A stretch of DNA of 32,000 bases from Wolbachia endosymbiont of Dirofilaria (Dirofilaria) immitis (GCF_013365455.1 NZ_CP046578.1:570001-602000); one strand, 5' to 3'. Positions 1 to 9,687 are shown, counted from the stretch's first letter. The notes: a model not told the origin generated them from the letters alone. Numbers and translations are program-made.

Positions 1-1168
1 TTGCAGTAAAAATTACAATCCAGATTTTAATGTATTTATCATTCATAGATACGTAGCGTATTGTTTGTTTTGCACAGAAAAACCAAGTAAAAATAGTAGT
101 AAAAGCAAAACAAAACATTATGACTATGATCAAGTAATCAATACAAGGATAACTCATAGCCCTTCTAAAAGCAAATATACACATGTTAGTACTCTCTAAA
201 TCAGTAACCCAAGAATCTGTAACAAGTAGTACCATTGCTGTAATGAACACTATAAATGCAACTACAAAAGGTGATATTATAGTGATCAGACTCTGTTCAA
301 TAATAAACCTATTGCTATTTTTCTTAGGAATAATCGAAGAGTGTACAATACCTTCAAGGCCAAGTCCTATATCTGTTGCAAAAATACCACGTAAAGTTCC
401 TACTTGAATAATAGTTAACACTTCCAAAATCAAACCTAGAGATAAACCAGAGTTAAAACCACTAGTTGTAAAGAAACTACTTGTTATCAATTTCAAAGAA
501 GGAAGAACATTTTCACTAAACTTAAATAATATGATACTACAAAGTGTAAGATAACTTACCGTCATTATTGGTATCATAGCCGATATAAAAATTTTAATTT
601 TTTTAAAGCTGAAAGCTACAACAGCAAAAAACATTATAGCCATAACAACTCCACCAACAACCATAGGCACATTTACCATGCCAAGCGGTATTGACAGAGA
701 ATTTACCTGAACAAGGTTACCAACAGTTATGGAAGCTACTATCATAATGGCTAAAAACGTAACCGTAGCCTTTTTGGAATTAAATGCATCAGCCATACAA
801 GCTATAGGACCACCGATAAACTGTCCATTTTTCTTCTTTCTGGTCCTCATACTCAGGTAACAAGTAACATATTTTATTATAGAAGTGACAACAATAACTA
901 TTGCCATCCATAAAATGGAACCTGGTCCCCCAGTTTTTAGAGCAACAGCAGTTCCTGAAATATTCCCTACTCCTAAATTTCCCCCTAAAATTGTAAATAG
1001 AGCAACTACAGAAGAAAATTTATTTTCTCCTCTTTTAGCTCCAATGAGTGAAAACGCGTATGGCAATCTAAATACTTGTAACCATTTCAGTTTAACTGAT
1101 AGATAAATACTGGTGATTAGTACTAGTAATATTGTTAGCAGTAATAAAACAAATTTTACTGTATCCAT
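1..1168 (-). CDS. Sodium:alanine symporter family (AGCS) protein, C-terminus cut by the window edge
   Basis: Not in the ORF track because it runs off the window. Minus-strand ATG at 1168 opens MDTVKFVLLLL...; the frame includes FTILGGNLGVGNISGTAVALKTGGPGSIFWM (AGCS-type signature), several hydrophobic helices, and MFCFAFTTIFTWFFCAKQTIRY near the edge, in the same frame (118 and 1168 differ by 350 codons). Confidence 0.85.
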   Translation of the reverse strand, partial: MDTVKFVLLLLTILLVLITSIYLSVKLKWLQVFRLPYAFSLIGAKRGENKFSSVVALFTILGGNLGVGNISGTAVALKTGGPGSILWMAIVIVVTSIIKYVTCYLSMRTRKKKNGQFIGGPIACMADAFNSKKATVTFLAIMIVASITVGNLVQVNSLSIPLGMVNVPMVVGGVVMAIMFFAVVAFSFKKIKIFISAMIPIMTVSYLTLCSIILFKFSENVLPSLKLITSSFFTTSGFNSGLSLGLILEVLTIIQVGTLRGIFATDIGLGLEGIVHSSIIPKKNSNRFIIEQSLITIISPFVVAFIVFITAMVLLVTDSWVTDLESTNMCIFAFRRAMSYPCIDYLIIVIMFCFAFTTIFTWFFCAKQTIRYVSMNDKYIKIWIVIFTA

Positions 1169-1267
1169 CTACAAGCTAAAGATAAGCTTTTTGACTTAAG
1201 TATACAAACAAAAGTTAAAAATGCCTAAGCCTATTTTCTGTAAAAGTTTATACAGCTAACAAGTTTG

Positions 1268-1340
1268 TTTTTGTCAGCTCATAGCATGACCATGAATCAG
1301 ACACCCCCCGTCCACACAACGCATCAGGGGCTGACAAAAC
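1268..1340. repeat. Inverted repeat (TTTTGTCAGC ... GCTGACAAAA) enclosing a GC-richer loop
   Basis: Left arm TTTTGTCAGC at 1269-1278 is the exact reverse complement of GCTGACAAAA at 1330-1339. The loop of about 51 nt contains ACCCCCCGTCC. Confidence 0.6.
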
Positions 1341-1395
1341 AAAAAAAAAGAGCACCAGAACGATCAAAAAAAACCTATTCTAGTTCCTTAAAAGG

Positions 1396-2274
1396 CTAAG
1401 CTTCATTAGCAAAATGGAAAGTAAGACCAGCTTCTATACCATGTGTAGTCAATAACCCACTACTCGCATTTATATTCTCTTGTTTTTCAATACCTATTAG
1501 TGGAATTCCTCTAACACTGTCGTCAAGAAGTGTCGATCTTGTTCCTGAAGTACCTGACTTTACTTCTCCCAATAAATCTGCTTTTAGCTTATAGCCTTTA
1601 CTAAAGGCACCAAAATGTCTATATCCAACACGCATATTTACATCTTTGTTTATTCGATAAGCAAGACCAGCTTTTAATTGATATGCAGGTCCTACTGATG
1701 CCTCACCAAACATTTTCATTCTTGTTAAACCGATTCCAGCTCCAATGTAAGGAAAGAAAGAGAAACTATCACTTTTTAAGTAATAGCAAGCATTTGCCAT
1801 TATAGATGTGTTCTCAATTCGGTCATTATCAACTTTAGCAGCATACATGTAAGTTTTTCTGTTTTCACCTTCCCCAATCACCCTAAAGTACAATACACTC
1901 ACCCAGTTACCTTTCAAGCCAATATTATCTGCCTTTACAGAAGAATACATCCCTTCTAATTCAGCTCTATAATTATTGTTACCTAACTTTCCTTCATAAC
2001 CAAATGCTATACCTCCAGCAAAAGGTGGATTATAGTCTCCTCTATATTCACTTGTTTTTTGATCTTTTATCTTGTTAGAAAGATACATCTTATTTATAGT
2101 TATGTGTTTTCTAGGATCATTTTCCATTTTTCTCACTTTCAATAAACCTATGCTATTAAAAAGTTGACTGTGGTATCCACTATCAAAATAAAATCCTTCC
2201 GTTTTACTTGCAAAAGACTGTTGCGATAATAATAAAGCAAATACTGTAACTACTAATATTTTTTTATTGTTCAT
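1396..2274 (-). CDS. wspB: Outer surface protein WspB (Wsp/P44-Msp2 family beta-barrel)
   Basis: 292 aa with signal peptide MNNKKILVVTVFALLLSQQSFASK, PYIGAGIGLTRM and YRINKDVNMRVGYRHFGAF motifs, and terminal GIEAGLTFHF; located just after virD4 on the same strand as in Wolbachia T4SS operons. Confidence 0.88.
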   Translation of the reverse strand: MNNKKILVVTVFALLLSQQSFASKTEGFYFDSGYHSQLFNSIGLLKVRKMENDPRKHITINKMYLSNKIKDQKTSEYRGDYNPPFAGGIAFGYEGKLGNNNYRAELEGMYSSVKADNIGLKGNWVSVLYFRVIGEGENRKTYMYAAKVDNDRIENTSIMANACYYLKSDSFSFFPYIGAGIGLTRMKMFGEASVGPAYQLKAGLAYRINKDVNMRVGYRHFGAFSKGYKLKADLLGEVKSGTSGTRSTLLDDSVRGIPLIGIEKQENINASSGLLTTHGIEAGLTFHFANEA

Positions 2275-2385
2275 TATTACTTTCCTACTTAAAATAGCTA
2301 ATTTAATACTAATTAATTAAAAATAACTTAATGTAAAAAATTAATATAACTTATTTTCTAAACTAGAAAATAGACAAAGCTGACC

Positions 2386-4425
2386 TTACTTTTCACTGTT
2401 TTTTGACTCATCGCCAATATTTTCATCTTCAAATTCATCCTCTTCGCCATCAAATCTATCATCATCTTTTTCATCTTCAAATTCATCTTCAAATTCATTA
2501 TCACTCTCTTCATCTTCAAACTTGTCTTCAACACCTTCATTACCAATACTTCCATCTTTAAATTTATCGTCAATCTCCGATTCATCACATGCCTCATTTT
2601 CAGCTTGAGCTTCAATAGGACAATCAGCAGTGTTAGTCCCTTCAACAACAGCATCATTCTCTTCTTCGTCACTAACTCTACTATTACTAACAGAAAAGAC
2701 TTTATTTGGGTCATACGGCTCCTGTGTAGGTACACGAGTTGGCTTAAATAATTTTCTTGTGAAGGCACTATCATTATAGTACAAAACTTTCTTTGATTTA
2801 ATTGGGTAAGTAGACTCTATTAAAATTATCTGCTCATCACGCGGCAACATAATAATCTCTTGAGGCAACAGTAACGCTCTCTGTGTTTCAGAGATATGCA
2901 ACGATCTTGAAGCAGGATTTAAATCTAAAAACTTAGGTTTATTCAACGACTCCTGTTGCACAGTTTTATTCCCTATAAGCTGCGATATTAAATTAGCAGT
3001 TTCAATGTTATTAGCTGCAAAAGTTATTCTATAAGTTGAGTTTGATAAAAAAGAGTTCATTCCTGCTTCTTCATATATTCCTTTGAGCTGCTCAGTATCT
3101 TGAACAATCAAGAATAATCTAACTCTATACCCACGAAAATATGCAATACCAGTTTGAAATTGCTCCATTTTCCCAAGTGTTGGAAACTCATCCATTAAAA
3201 ATAACACACCATAAGGCTCATCATCTAAAGGCAACTTTCTACACAGAAACTCAGTTGCTTGCTGATAGAAAACTTGCATTAAAGGTCTTAACCTATTTAA
3301 GTTATCTGGAGTTAACCCAACATAAACTGTAACTTTCTTCTTCTTAAAATCTAAAATATTGAAATCACTCGTCGTAGTTGCAGTGTCAATCAGCGGGTTT
3401 GCCCATAATTCAAGCGATGAATTCATAGTTGAAACAACACCTGACCTTTCTTTATCAGCTTTTTGCAAAAAGGCCGCAATGTTCATATACGCTACAGGAT
3501 GTATAACCTTACCCATCGTATCCAAAACAACAGCAAGGTTATAAACCACATCATCACTACGCATCGTACGTACAACTTCACCAAAAGATTTCACCTTCTC
3601 TGGTGTAGCAAGTAAATATAGTACTACTCCAACAAACAAACTTCTTGCTTCATTTTGCCAAAAATCTTGTTCAGGCATAATCAAATTTGCTATTTTCTGC
3701 ACATCATCGACCATTTGTCCAGGTTTTTCGCTAATCCATTCTAATGGATTATAACAGTGACTAATTCCATCTGGCTGTGCTGGATTCCATACGTATACTT
3801 CTTGCCCTTGTCGTTCTCGCCAGCCGCTCGTTATTTCATAATTCTCTAATTTTATGTCATGTACAATTACCGAATCAGTCCAGAATAACAAATTAGGGAT
3901 TACAAAACCAACACCTTTACCAGAACCTGTAGGTGCAAATAATAATGTGTGTTGATACCCATCAGCAATAAAATATCCTCTCTTATCCTTACCAAGCAAT
4001 AATCCTTTTTTGCTTCTTAATCCTGCCTTTCGTATATCTTTCTCTGACGCCCACTTTGAATCTCCGTGGAGCGATTCTTTTTTTTTAAATGGCCGCCATT
4101 CAATTATTCTCTCTCTTAAATTCCATAAAATAATCATCAAAATAATAATAGGTAATACAGAAGATACAATTAGTTTAACTATGAGTTCAGAGCCATATAA
4201 CTCTGGATGATACCAACAATATTGTATATGATCAAAAATTGTCGGCCAGAGAGCTTGAGGAAAAGGAGTTAAACTAGGGTTAACTGCTTTAAAATCCACA
4301 CCATCTGGACCATCAACAAACAGATAGAACAATATCCCAGATAAATAGAAACAAAACTCTAGTATACTGAAAACCACAATACCACCTATCAAAATATTGC
4401 GTAGGTGGTTTCCACTATAACTCAT
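2386..4425 (-). CDS. virD4: Type IV secretion system coupling protein VirD4, with acidic C-terminal tail
   Basis: Walker A FAPTGSGKGVGFVIPNLL, Walker B YGVLFLMDEFPTLGKM, N-terminal TM segments; 679 aa. Confidence 0.96.
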   Translation of the reverse strand: MSYSGNHLRNILIGGIVVFSILEFCFYLSGILFYLFVDGPDGVDFKAVNPSLTPFPQALWPTIFDHIQYCWYHPELYGSELIVKLIVSSVLPIIILMIILWNLRERIIEWRPFKKKESLHGDSKWASEKDIRKAGLRSKKGLLLGKDKRGYFIADGYQHTLLFAPTGSGKGVGFVIPNLLFWTDSVIVHDIKLENYEITSGWRERQGQEVYVWNPAQPDGISHCYNPLEWISEKPGQMVDDVQKIANLIMPEQDFWQNEARSLFVGVVLYLLATPEKVKSFGEVVRTMRSDDVVYNLAVVLDTMGKVIHPVAYMNIAAFLQKADKERSGVVSTMNSSLELWANPLIDTATTTSDFNILDFKKKKVTVYVGLTPDNLNRLRPLMQVFYQQATEFLCRKLPLDDEPYGVLFLMDEFPTLGKMEQFQTGIAYFRGYRVRLFLIVQDTEQLKGIYEEAGMNSFLSNSTYRITFAANNIETANLISQLIGNKTVQQESLNKPKFLDLNPASRSLHISETQRALLLPQEIIMLPRDEQIILIESTYPIKSKKVLYYNDSAFTRKLFKPTRVPTQEPYDPNKVFSVSNSRVSDEEENDAVVEGTNTADCPIEAQAENEACDESEIDDKFKDGSIGNEGVEDKFEDEESDNEFEDEFEDEKDDDRFDGEEDEFEDENIGDESKNSEK

Positions 4426-4453
4426 AAACTACTTTCTCTTACTCTATATAAAT

Positions 4454-5446
4454 TCAGAAATCTCCATTTATAGATCTAGTAAATAATATTTCAGAAATGC
4501 TTCTTCTTCCTCCACTGGTCCTTTTTAGCTGAATGACAATATCAATCACATTCTTAATGTACGACATAATCTGATCTGGAGATATACCAAGGTTTGCTTG
4601 CATAACCATTAATTTTATTTGCTCAAGGGCCATTGTTGGACTATCCGCATGAAGAGTTGATATTGATCCTGAGTGACCAGTGTTTATTGCTCTAAGAAAA
4701 CTAAAAGCTTCTGCCCCACGCAGCTCACCGACTATTATTCTGTCTGGCCTTAAACGTAAGCACGCCTCTATCAAATCTTGAGTAGTTACTTTTGCCCTGC
4801 CCTGCCCTCCTTTGGAGGCAATCAAATGTACTCTATTAAGATGACCATTCAAAATGATTTCCCTTGCATCCTCGACAGTAATAATTCTTTCTTCAGCTGG
4901 AATGGCACGCAAAGTAGCATTAGTAAAAGTAGTTTTACCGGTAGAAGTTCCACCACTAATTATGATATTTTTCCTATTTACTACAGCGTACTCTAAAAAC
5001 TCTTTTATTTTCTTTTGCTTTAATAGCAGATACAGGTGACGATCTACTGGATTATCAGTCACTTCTATAGCAGTCTCAGAAAAAGCTCCCATTTTCTCAT
5101 AATCATCTAATGCTAATTGCATGGTGGAAGGTTTACGAATCGACATGATCGCTTTATCAGGCTCACATGCCGGAGGAAATACTATCTGTATACGATACCC
5201 ATTCGGCAACGTTGCCGAAAGTAGCGGTGCTTCCTCACTCAATTTTTGTTCCGTAGCTTGAGCGATCAACCTACCAAGAGACTTCAAATGATTAAGATCA
5301 AACACTTCTAATTTTTCACATCTCATTTCACCACGATTTTCAATCCATACTTCTTTTGGCTTATTTATTGATATTTCATTTACACCCTCTTCTTGAAAGA
5401 TGTCTTGTAACGGCTCTAAATATGTATCAAGTGCAGCATAGTTCAT
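4454..5446 (-). CDS. virB11: Type IV secretion system ATPase VirB11
   Basis: Walker A IISGGTSTGKTTFTNA, ERIITVEDAREI, LRLRPDRIIVGELRGAEAFSFLRAINTGHSGSISTLHAD; 330 aa. Confidence 0.97.
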   Translation of the reverse strand: MNYAALDTYLEPLQDIFQEEGVNEISINKPKEVWIENRGEMRCEKLEVFDLNHLKSLGRLIAQATEQKLSEEAPLLSATLPNGYRIQIVFPPACEPDKAIMSIRKPSTMQLALDDYEKMGAFSETAIEVTDNPVDRHLYLLLKQKKIKEFLEYAVVNRKNIIISGGTSTGKTTFTNATLRAIPAEERIITVEDAREIILNGHLNRVHLIASKGGQGRAKVTTQDLIEACLRLRPDRIIVGELRGAEAFSFLRAINTGHSGSISTLHADSPTMALEQIKLMVMQANLGISPDQIMSYIKNVIDIVIQLKRTSGGRRSISEILFTRSINGDF

Positions 5447-5447
5447 C

Positions 5448-6929
5448 TTATTGATTTAATATCACCTGTGGAGAAAACACTATATCTTGGTTAACAAATA
5501 CTCTCAACGCAGTACCTTGATCAACATAAATAATTGGCTTTTTATTTGTATACCTACTAACTATATCCCGCATATCTCTAGAAAAATCGTTAATTAATTT
5601 TTTAATTGATTCTTCGTAGATAGACTTGTTTTCTTGCCTTTGTAATAATAGTTTTATATCCTCCAAAGTAATTTCATCAACTTTATTATCGTCAATCGAA
5701 GTTAATTCTAGATCTTTTACTACTTGCTTAAATATCTTAAGCAAACTCTGTTCATCAGATGCATTCTTAATTTTCCTGATAGCTCCAAATTCAAGCTTCC
5801 ACTCATCATTTTTTGCCCTCTCTTTATCCTCTTTAGAACTGCTCTTTTTACCAATAATATCCTTAAGAGGGGAGATATCTATTTCAGTTACAGCAATAGA
5901 TCTCACTAGATTCATGGCAGTAAACACATCAATAAGATTAGAGGCCTTTTGCGCTATAATAGCTGAACTAATTGAGACACCTGCAAGTAGTATTGAAGAA
6001 AATAACGCACTTACTACTTTATTATCAATCATGCCAGTGATTCCTGCTCTACCAAGTTTATCGGTACCAAGTGATGAAATGGTAATATCTATTCCATGTG
6101 GAAGAATAATCCTATTCCAATTTATATTTATGCGTGCTCTTGTTATATCTGAATCGAATGAATAACTGCCTATTAACCTCGAACCTTTAGGTATTAAAAC
6201 TGTATCACCAGCTTCTGCATAAACATTACCACTAACTATAGCACGCAATACACCTTGCAGATCAGAATCTATTGCAGTCTCAAGAACAGCATCAATAATT
6301 TTACCTTGAGCAATCACAAACCCGAGCTTTCCTATCTTGGTAGCCGTATTCAACTGCGCTGAAGTATCAGCCAAAATAGCATTAGCAGCCTCTTTCTCAT
6401 TACTTAACATTGCTAACATTTGTGCACCACGTCTATCTTTAGGATAACCACTACTCCCTATTGCAGACAATGAAGTAGGTAAATTACTATTAACACTGCT
6501 ATAAGGAAAATTTTGTTTTGGCAAAACAGGTATATTTGATACATGAGTTTCTTTTGGTTTTTCCTCCTCCTTCTTTAGTACTTTCTCTTTTTTAACCTGC
6601 TTTACTTCCGGTATAATTTGTGGTATAGGAAGAGGAGGCAAAGATGGCAAATCAGTTATTATCCTTTCATGAACCATCGTATCATCTGGAACTTTTTCCA
6701 ATTTTTCTTTTAACTCTTGAACACTTTGCTTCACTTCTTCCTTTTTAATGATTTCTATATTCTCTTTGTTAAAAAAAGGATTAAAATAAAGGTAATAATA
6801 CACCCCACCAACTAAAAATACCAAAACAATAATTATTAATATTCTATAACTTTGACTAGAACCAACTATTACTACTTTGCTCTCTATTTCCGACTCATTC
6901 TCTGAATTGTTATGCCTATCTTTATTCAT
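5448..6929 (-). CDS. virB10: Type IV secretion system protein VirB10
   Basis: N-terminal TM (SYRILIIIVLVFLVGGVYYYLY), proline-rich linker, C-terminal VirB10/TrbI domain (EAGDTVLIPKGSRLIGSY..., VDQGTALRVFVNQDIVF); lies between virB9 and virB11. Confidence 0.95.
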   Translation of the reverse strand: MNKDRHNNSENESEIESKVVIVGSSQSYRILIIIVLVFLVGGVYYYLYFNPFFNKENIEIIKKEEVKQSVQELKEKLEKVPDDTMVHERIITDLPSLPPLPIPQIIPEVKQVKKEKVLKKEEEKPKETHVSNIPVLPKQNFPYSSVNSNLPTSLSAIGSSGYPKDRRGAQMLAMLSNEKEAANAILADTSAQLNTATKIGKLGFVIAQGKIIDAVLETAIDSDLQGVLRAIVSGNVYAEAGDTVLIPKGSRLIGSYSFDSDITRARININWNRIILPHGIDITISSLGTDKLGRAGITGMIDNKVVSALFSSILLAGVSISSAIIAQKASNLIDVFTAMNLVRSIAVTEIDISPLKDIIGKKSSSKEDKERAKNDEWKLEFGAIRKIKNASDEQSLLKIFKQVVKDLELTSIDDNKVDEITLEDIKLLLQRQENKSIYEESIKKLINDFSRDMRDIVSRYTNKKPIIYVDQGTALRVFVNQDIVFSPQVILNQ

Positions 6930-6945
6930 ATTACATATATCAAAG

Positions 6946-7755
6946 CTAAAACGATCTATTTATAATTTCAACTTCATCACCTTCATACCGCATAAATAAC
7001 TTCCTATGCACCCCCTTTATTACAACATAACCATCAAATAATAGCCTTCTACAAGGCGATTTAGCTTTGTTCTCCTCTACAAAAATCTGAGGTATTTTGC
7101 TACTATCCCTAAATTTAAAATAGGTTAAATAGCCGTCATCAAATAACTCTACTGGTATTATATCAGCATCAACACCTTTATCGACATATGTATAATTGTA
7201 CTTTGTAGCATTTTCCTGTACTACGTCTTCTAGATCATCTACAACATATTGCATTTGAGTAGGAGTTGATATTTCATCTAAATCAATATCAAACTCATCC
7301 TCCTCTTGAGGATAATAAAAACGTATTACATAAGATATATCTTTTTCAGTAGAATAATCATGATTTGTTTTCCCAGCATTAGTATCTGGATGTTTATCGT
7401 AGTTTGGCCTTGAGATTAGATCAAAAATGTAATTCCTTTTTTTTGTGGTCGTAATAATCATATTAGTACGACCACTAACTTCAAACGGCATGATGAGTAA
7501 TTTATTATCATAAGGACTGATTTTCCAACTAGATGCATCACCAACGGCAATATTTTTGACTTTTTCTCCTTCTGCAAACTCTATATAAGAATAGTAACCT
7601 TGACTAAAAACGACTGTAAATACTTCATTAGGACTATATACAAAAGTTTTTATTCTACTGTCTACAGAAATAGGCTTACTATAATCAACTAACGCACTTA
7701 AACCACTACTCATCAATAAAACTAAAATCAATAATACTCTACACATATTCATCAT
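6946..7755 (-). CDS. virB9: Type IV secretion system protein VirB9
   Basis: Signal peptide; YSPNEVFTVVFSQGYYSYIEF, NRRNYIFDL-like TKKRNYIFDLISR, C-terminal TYFKFRDSSKIPQIFVEE...VIKGVHRKLFMRYEGDEVEIINRSF. Confidence 0.93.
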   Translation of the reverse strand: MMNMCRVLLILVLLMSSGLSALVDYSKPISVDSRIKTFVYSPNEVFTVVFSQGYYSYIEFAEGEKVKNIAVGDASSWKISPYDNKLLIMPFEVSGRTNMIITTTKKRNYIFDLISRPNYDKHPDTNAGKTNHDYSTEKDISYVIRFYYPQEEDEFDIDLDEISTPTQMQYVVDDLEDVVQENATKYNYTYVDKGVDADIIPVELFDDGYLTYFKFRDSSKIPQIFVEENKAKSPCRRLLFDGYVVIKGVHRKLFMRYEGDEVEIINRSF

Positions 7756-8422
7756 CTACTCTATAAGAAGTAACCTGAAATCCTAATGGGTTAACATATC
7801 TTTGCTGATCATTCATTTCAAGTAACACATACCTATATGACATAATAGCTATTTTATTTTTTCTTATAGAACTTCCATCTTCTCGTGTAAATTCTACAGT
7901 GAACCTCACTTGAAAAGTATTATCATACAATTTCTGAATTGAGCGAATCTTAAACTCATTTTTAACAAAATCTGAATATACACTGAAAAGGTCATCCATG
8001 TTCTGTAGTTTTGTATAATTTCTAAACTCATTGTACACACTTGGTGAGGAAAATAATCTCACTTTTGTATAGTAGTTATAATTATAGTTATATGGGTCAA
8101 AAACCTCTCTTGATTTTATATATTCTGCAATAAAATGATTATTTAGCACTTCATCTGCGGAATACTGTTTTACCGTAACAGGATCAACCCATTGCACTAT
8201 TCCTGATTTCTTATCAATTTCTATAACAAATGGTTCAATAGTACTACTAGTACTAATTTTAAATATAGCTAATATGCTTACAAAAATTGCCGCCGACAAT
8301 ATTAACACAAATAGAAGTAAAGTATTTCTCTGAGCAACAACCATGCTATAGCGACTCGAATTCCAATCTATATCTTTATCCAATAACTTACTATTTCTTT
8401 CCTGCTTAAAAAACTTTAGCAT
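7739..8422 (-). CDS. virB8: Type IV secretion system protein VirB8
   Basis: 227 aa with one TM (LLLFVLILSAAIFVSILAIFKI) and a VirB8 periplasmic domain; NPLGFQVTSYRVDDEYV C-terminus; operon position. Confidence 0.93.
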   Translation of the reverse strand: MLKFFKQERNSKLLDKDIDWNSSRYSMVVAQRNTLLLFVLILSAAIFVSILAIFKISTSSTIEPFVIEIDKKSGIVQWVDPVTVKQYSADEVLNNHFIAEYIKSREVFDPYNYNYNYYTKVRLFSSPSVYNEFRNYTKLQNMDDLFSVYSDFVKNEFKIRSIQKLYDNTFQVRFTVEFTREDGSSIRKNKIAIMSYRYVLLEMNDQQRYVNPLGFQVTSYRVDDEYV

Positions 8423-8485
8423 CTTTATTCTCTTAAAACCTTAATTTACATCAATAAATTTAGTAAATTAATAAAGCAATTAAAA

Positions 8486-9568
8486 CTAAAAAATCCTTAA
8501 CTTATGGCCTAACTTACTGAATTTTGTCTCCATATATGAATCATTATGTTCATTACGCTCCATAATAAGTGGTAGACATTTTGTAACCTCTATACCGCTA
8601 CTTCTTAACCCTAATAACTTCCTATCGTTATTTGTAAGCAATTGGATTTTTTTGATGTCTAATTTCTCAAGTATTTTGGCTGCAATAGTAAAGTTTCTTT
8701 CATCATCTTTAAAACCCAATACTCTATTCGCATCCACAGTATCAAGGTTATATTTTCTCTGCACACCATACGCTCTTAACTTATTAGCTAAACCAATACC
8801 TCTTCCATCCTGCATCAAGTACAATATAATACCACCTCCAGAATCAGATATCACTTGGATTGCTTGATGTAGCTGGCTTCCACAATCGCATGATAAACTA
8901 TCTAACAAGTCACCTGTGTAGCATGAAGAATGAATTCTCACTAACGGCTCACCTTCTTCACCTGGACTACCAATAATAATTGCATAATGTTCTTTTCCAC
9001 AACTTCTAGTTCTGTAAGATACAATATTTACCTTTCGAGCTTGCTTCAAAAACAGAGATGTTCTGCATACTTCATATACACCATAATCCTGTTGAAAATG
9101 ATTTACAAGTGATGTATCCAGCGCAATGACATCATTTTTCTCACACCAATATCGCATTTCATTCTCATCTTTAAAAGTCATATCAACTACCAACGCGTAC
9201 GGTAGTAACTCTGAAAACTTAAGCAAAGCAATAGCATATTCATCTATTGTTTTTGAACATTGTAATCTCTCTGTATAATCTTCTATTGAACAGTTTACTA
9301 AACTTAGCAGCTCATCAAAGTTGTTCACCGGCAAGCGTTTGTTATCACTTTTCCCATTCTTTAATATATACTGCATCTTATCTGAAGTTAAGGTGATATA
9401 CAGATTATTTGATATAACCTTATACTGATCAAACAAATCTCTCTCCAAAGTTTCAGCAGCAGCAAACAATAGATAATCACTTTCATCATATATTAAAATT
9501 GGTAGGCTACACCTAATCTCACTAACAGCTCTTTTTACCTTGTTTCTACCTTGATTTTCTATCAACAT
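8486..9568 (-). CDS. ribA: GTP cyclohydrolase II (riboflavin biosynthesis)
   Basis: VRIHSSCYTGDLLDSLSCDCGSQLHQAIQVISDSGGGIILYLMQDGRGIGLANKLRAY: zinc-binding C-x10-C-x-C and catalytic region. 360 aa with an N-terminal extension of about 150 aa before the core domain. Confidence 0.94.
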   Translation of the reverse strand: MLIENQGRNKVKRAVSEIRCSLPILIYDESDYLLFAAAETLERDLFDQYKVISNNLYITLTSDKMQYILKNGKSDNKRLPVNNFDELLSLVNCSIEDYTERLQCSKTIDEYAIALLKFSELLPYALVVDMTFKDENEMRYWCEKNDVIALDTSLVNHFQQDYGVYEVCRTSLFLKQARKVNIVSYRTRSCGKEHYAIIIGSPGEEGEPLVRIHSSCYTGDLLDSLSCDCGSQLHQAIQVISDSGGGIILYLMQDGRGIGLANKLRAYGVQRKYNLDTVDANRVLGFKDDERNFTIAAKILEKLDIKKIQLLTNNDRKLLGLRSSGIEVTKCLPLIMERNEHNDSYMETKFSKLGHKLRIF

Positions 9569-9599
9569 TCTACTTACATAAATAACAATAAGAGAAAAT

Positions 9600-9687
9600 T
9601 GGTGCGGACGAGAAGACTTGAACTCCCAAGGCTCTTACAGCCACAGCGACCTCAACGCTGCGTGTCTACCAATTCCACCACGACCGC
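9600..9687 (-). tRNA. tRNA-Leu (anticodon GAG), 3' CCA encoded
   Basis: Reverse complement GCGGTCGTGGTGGAATTGGTAGACACGCAGCGTTGAGGTCGCTGTGGCTGTAAGAGCCTTGGGAGTTCAAGTCTTCTCGTCCGCACCA; anticodon stem CAGCG/CGCTG with loop TTGAGGT, long variable arm, TTCAAGT T-loop. Confidence 0.95.

Noticed and set aside
2358-2774. 138-aa plus-strand ORF rich in MKMKxxLKM repeats
   Set aside because: Antisense shadow of the GAA/GAT-rich acidic tail of virD4; low complexity, not a real gene.
3141-5039. Plus-strand ORFs of 61-72 aa over virD4 and virB11
   Set aside because: Antisense to strongly supported conserved genes with no recognisable family.
5626-6165. 179-aa plus-strand ORF over virB10
   Set aside because: Fully antisense to VirB10; composition typical of a shadow ORF, no start context or family.
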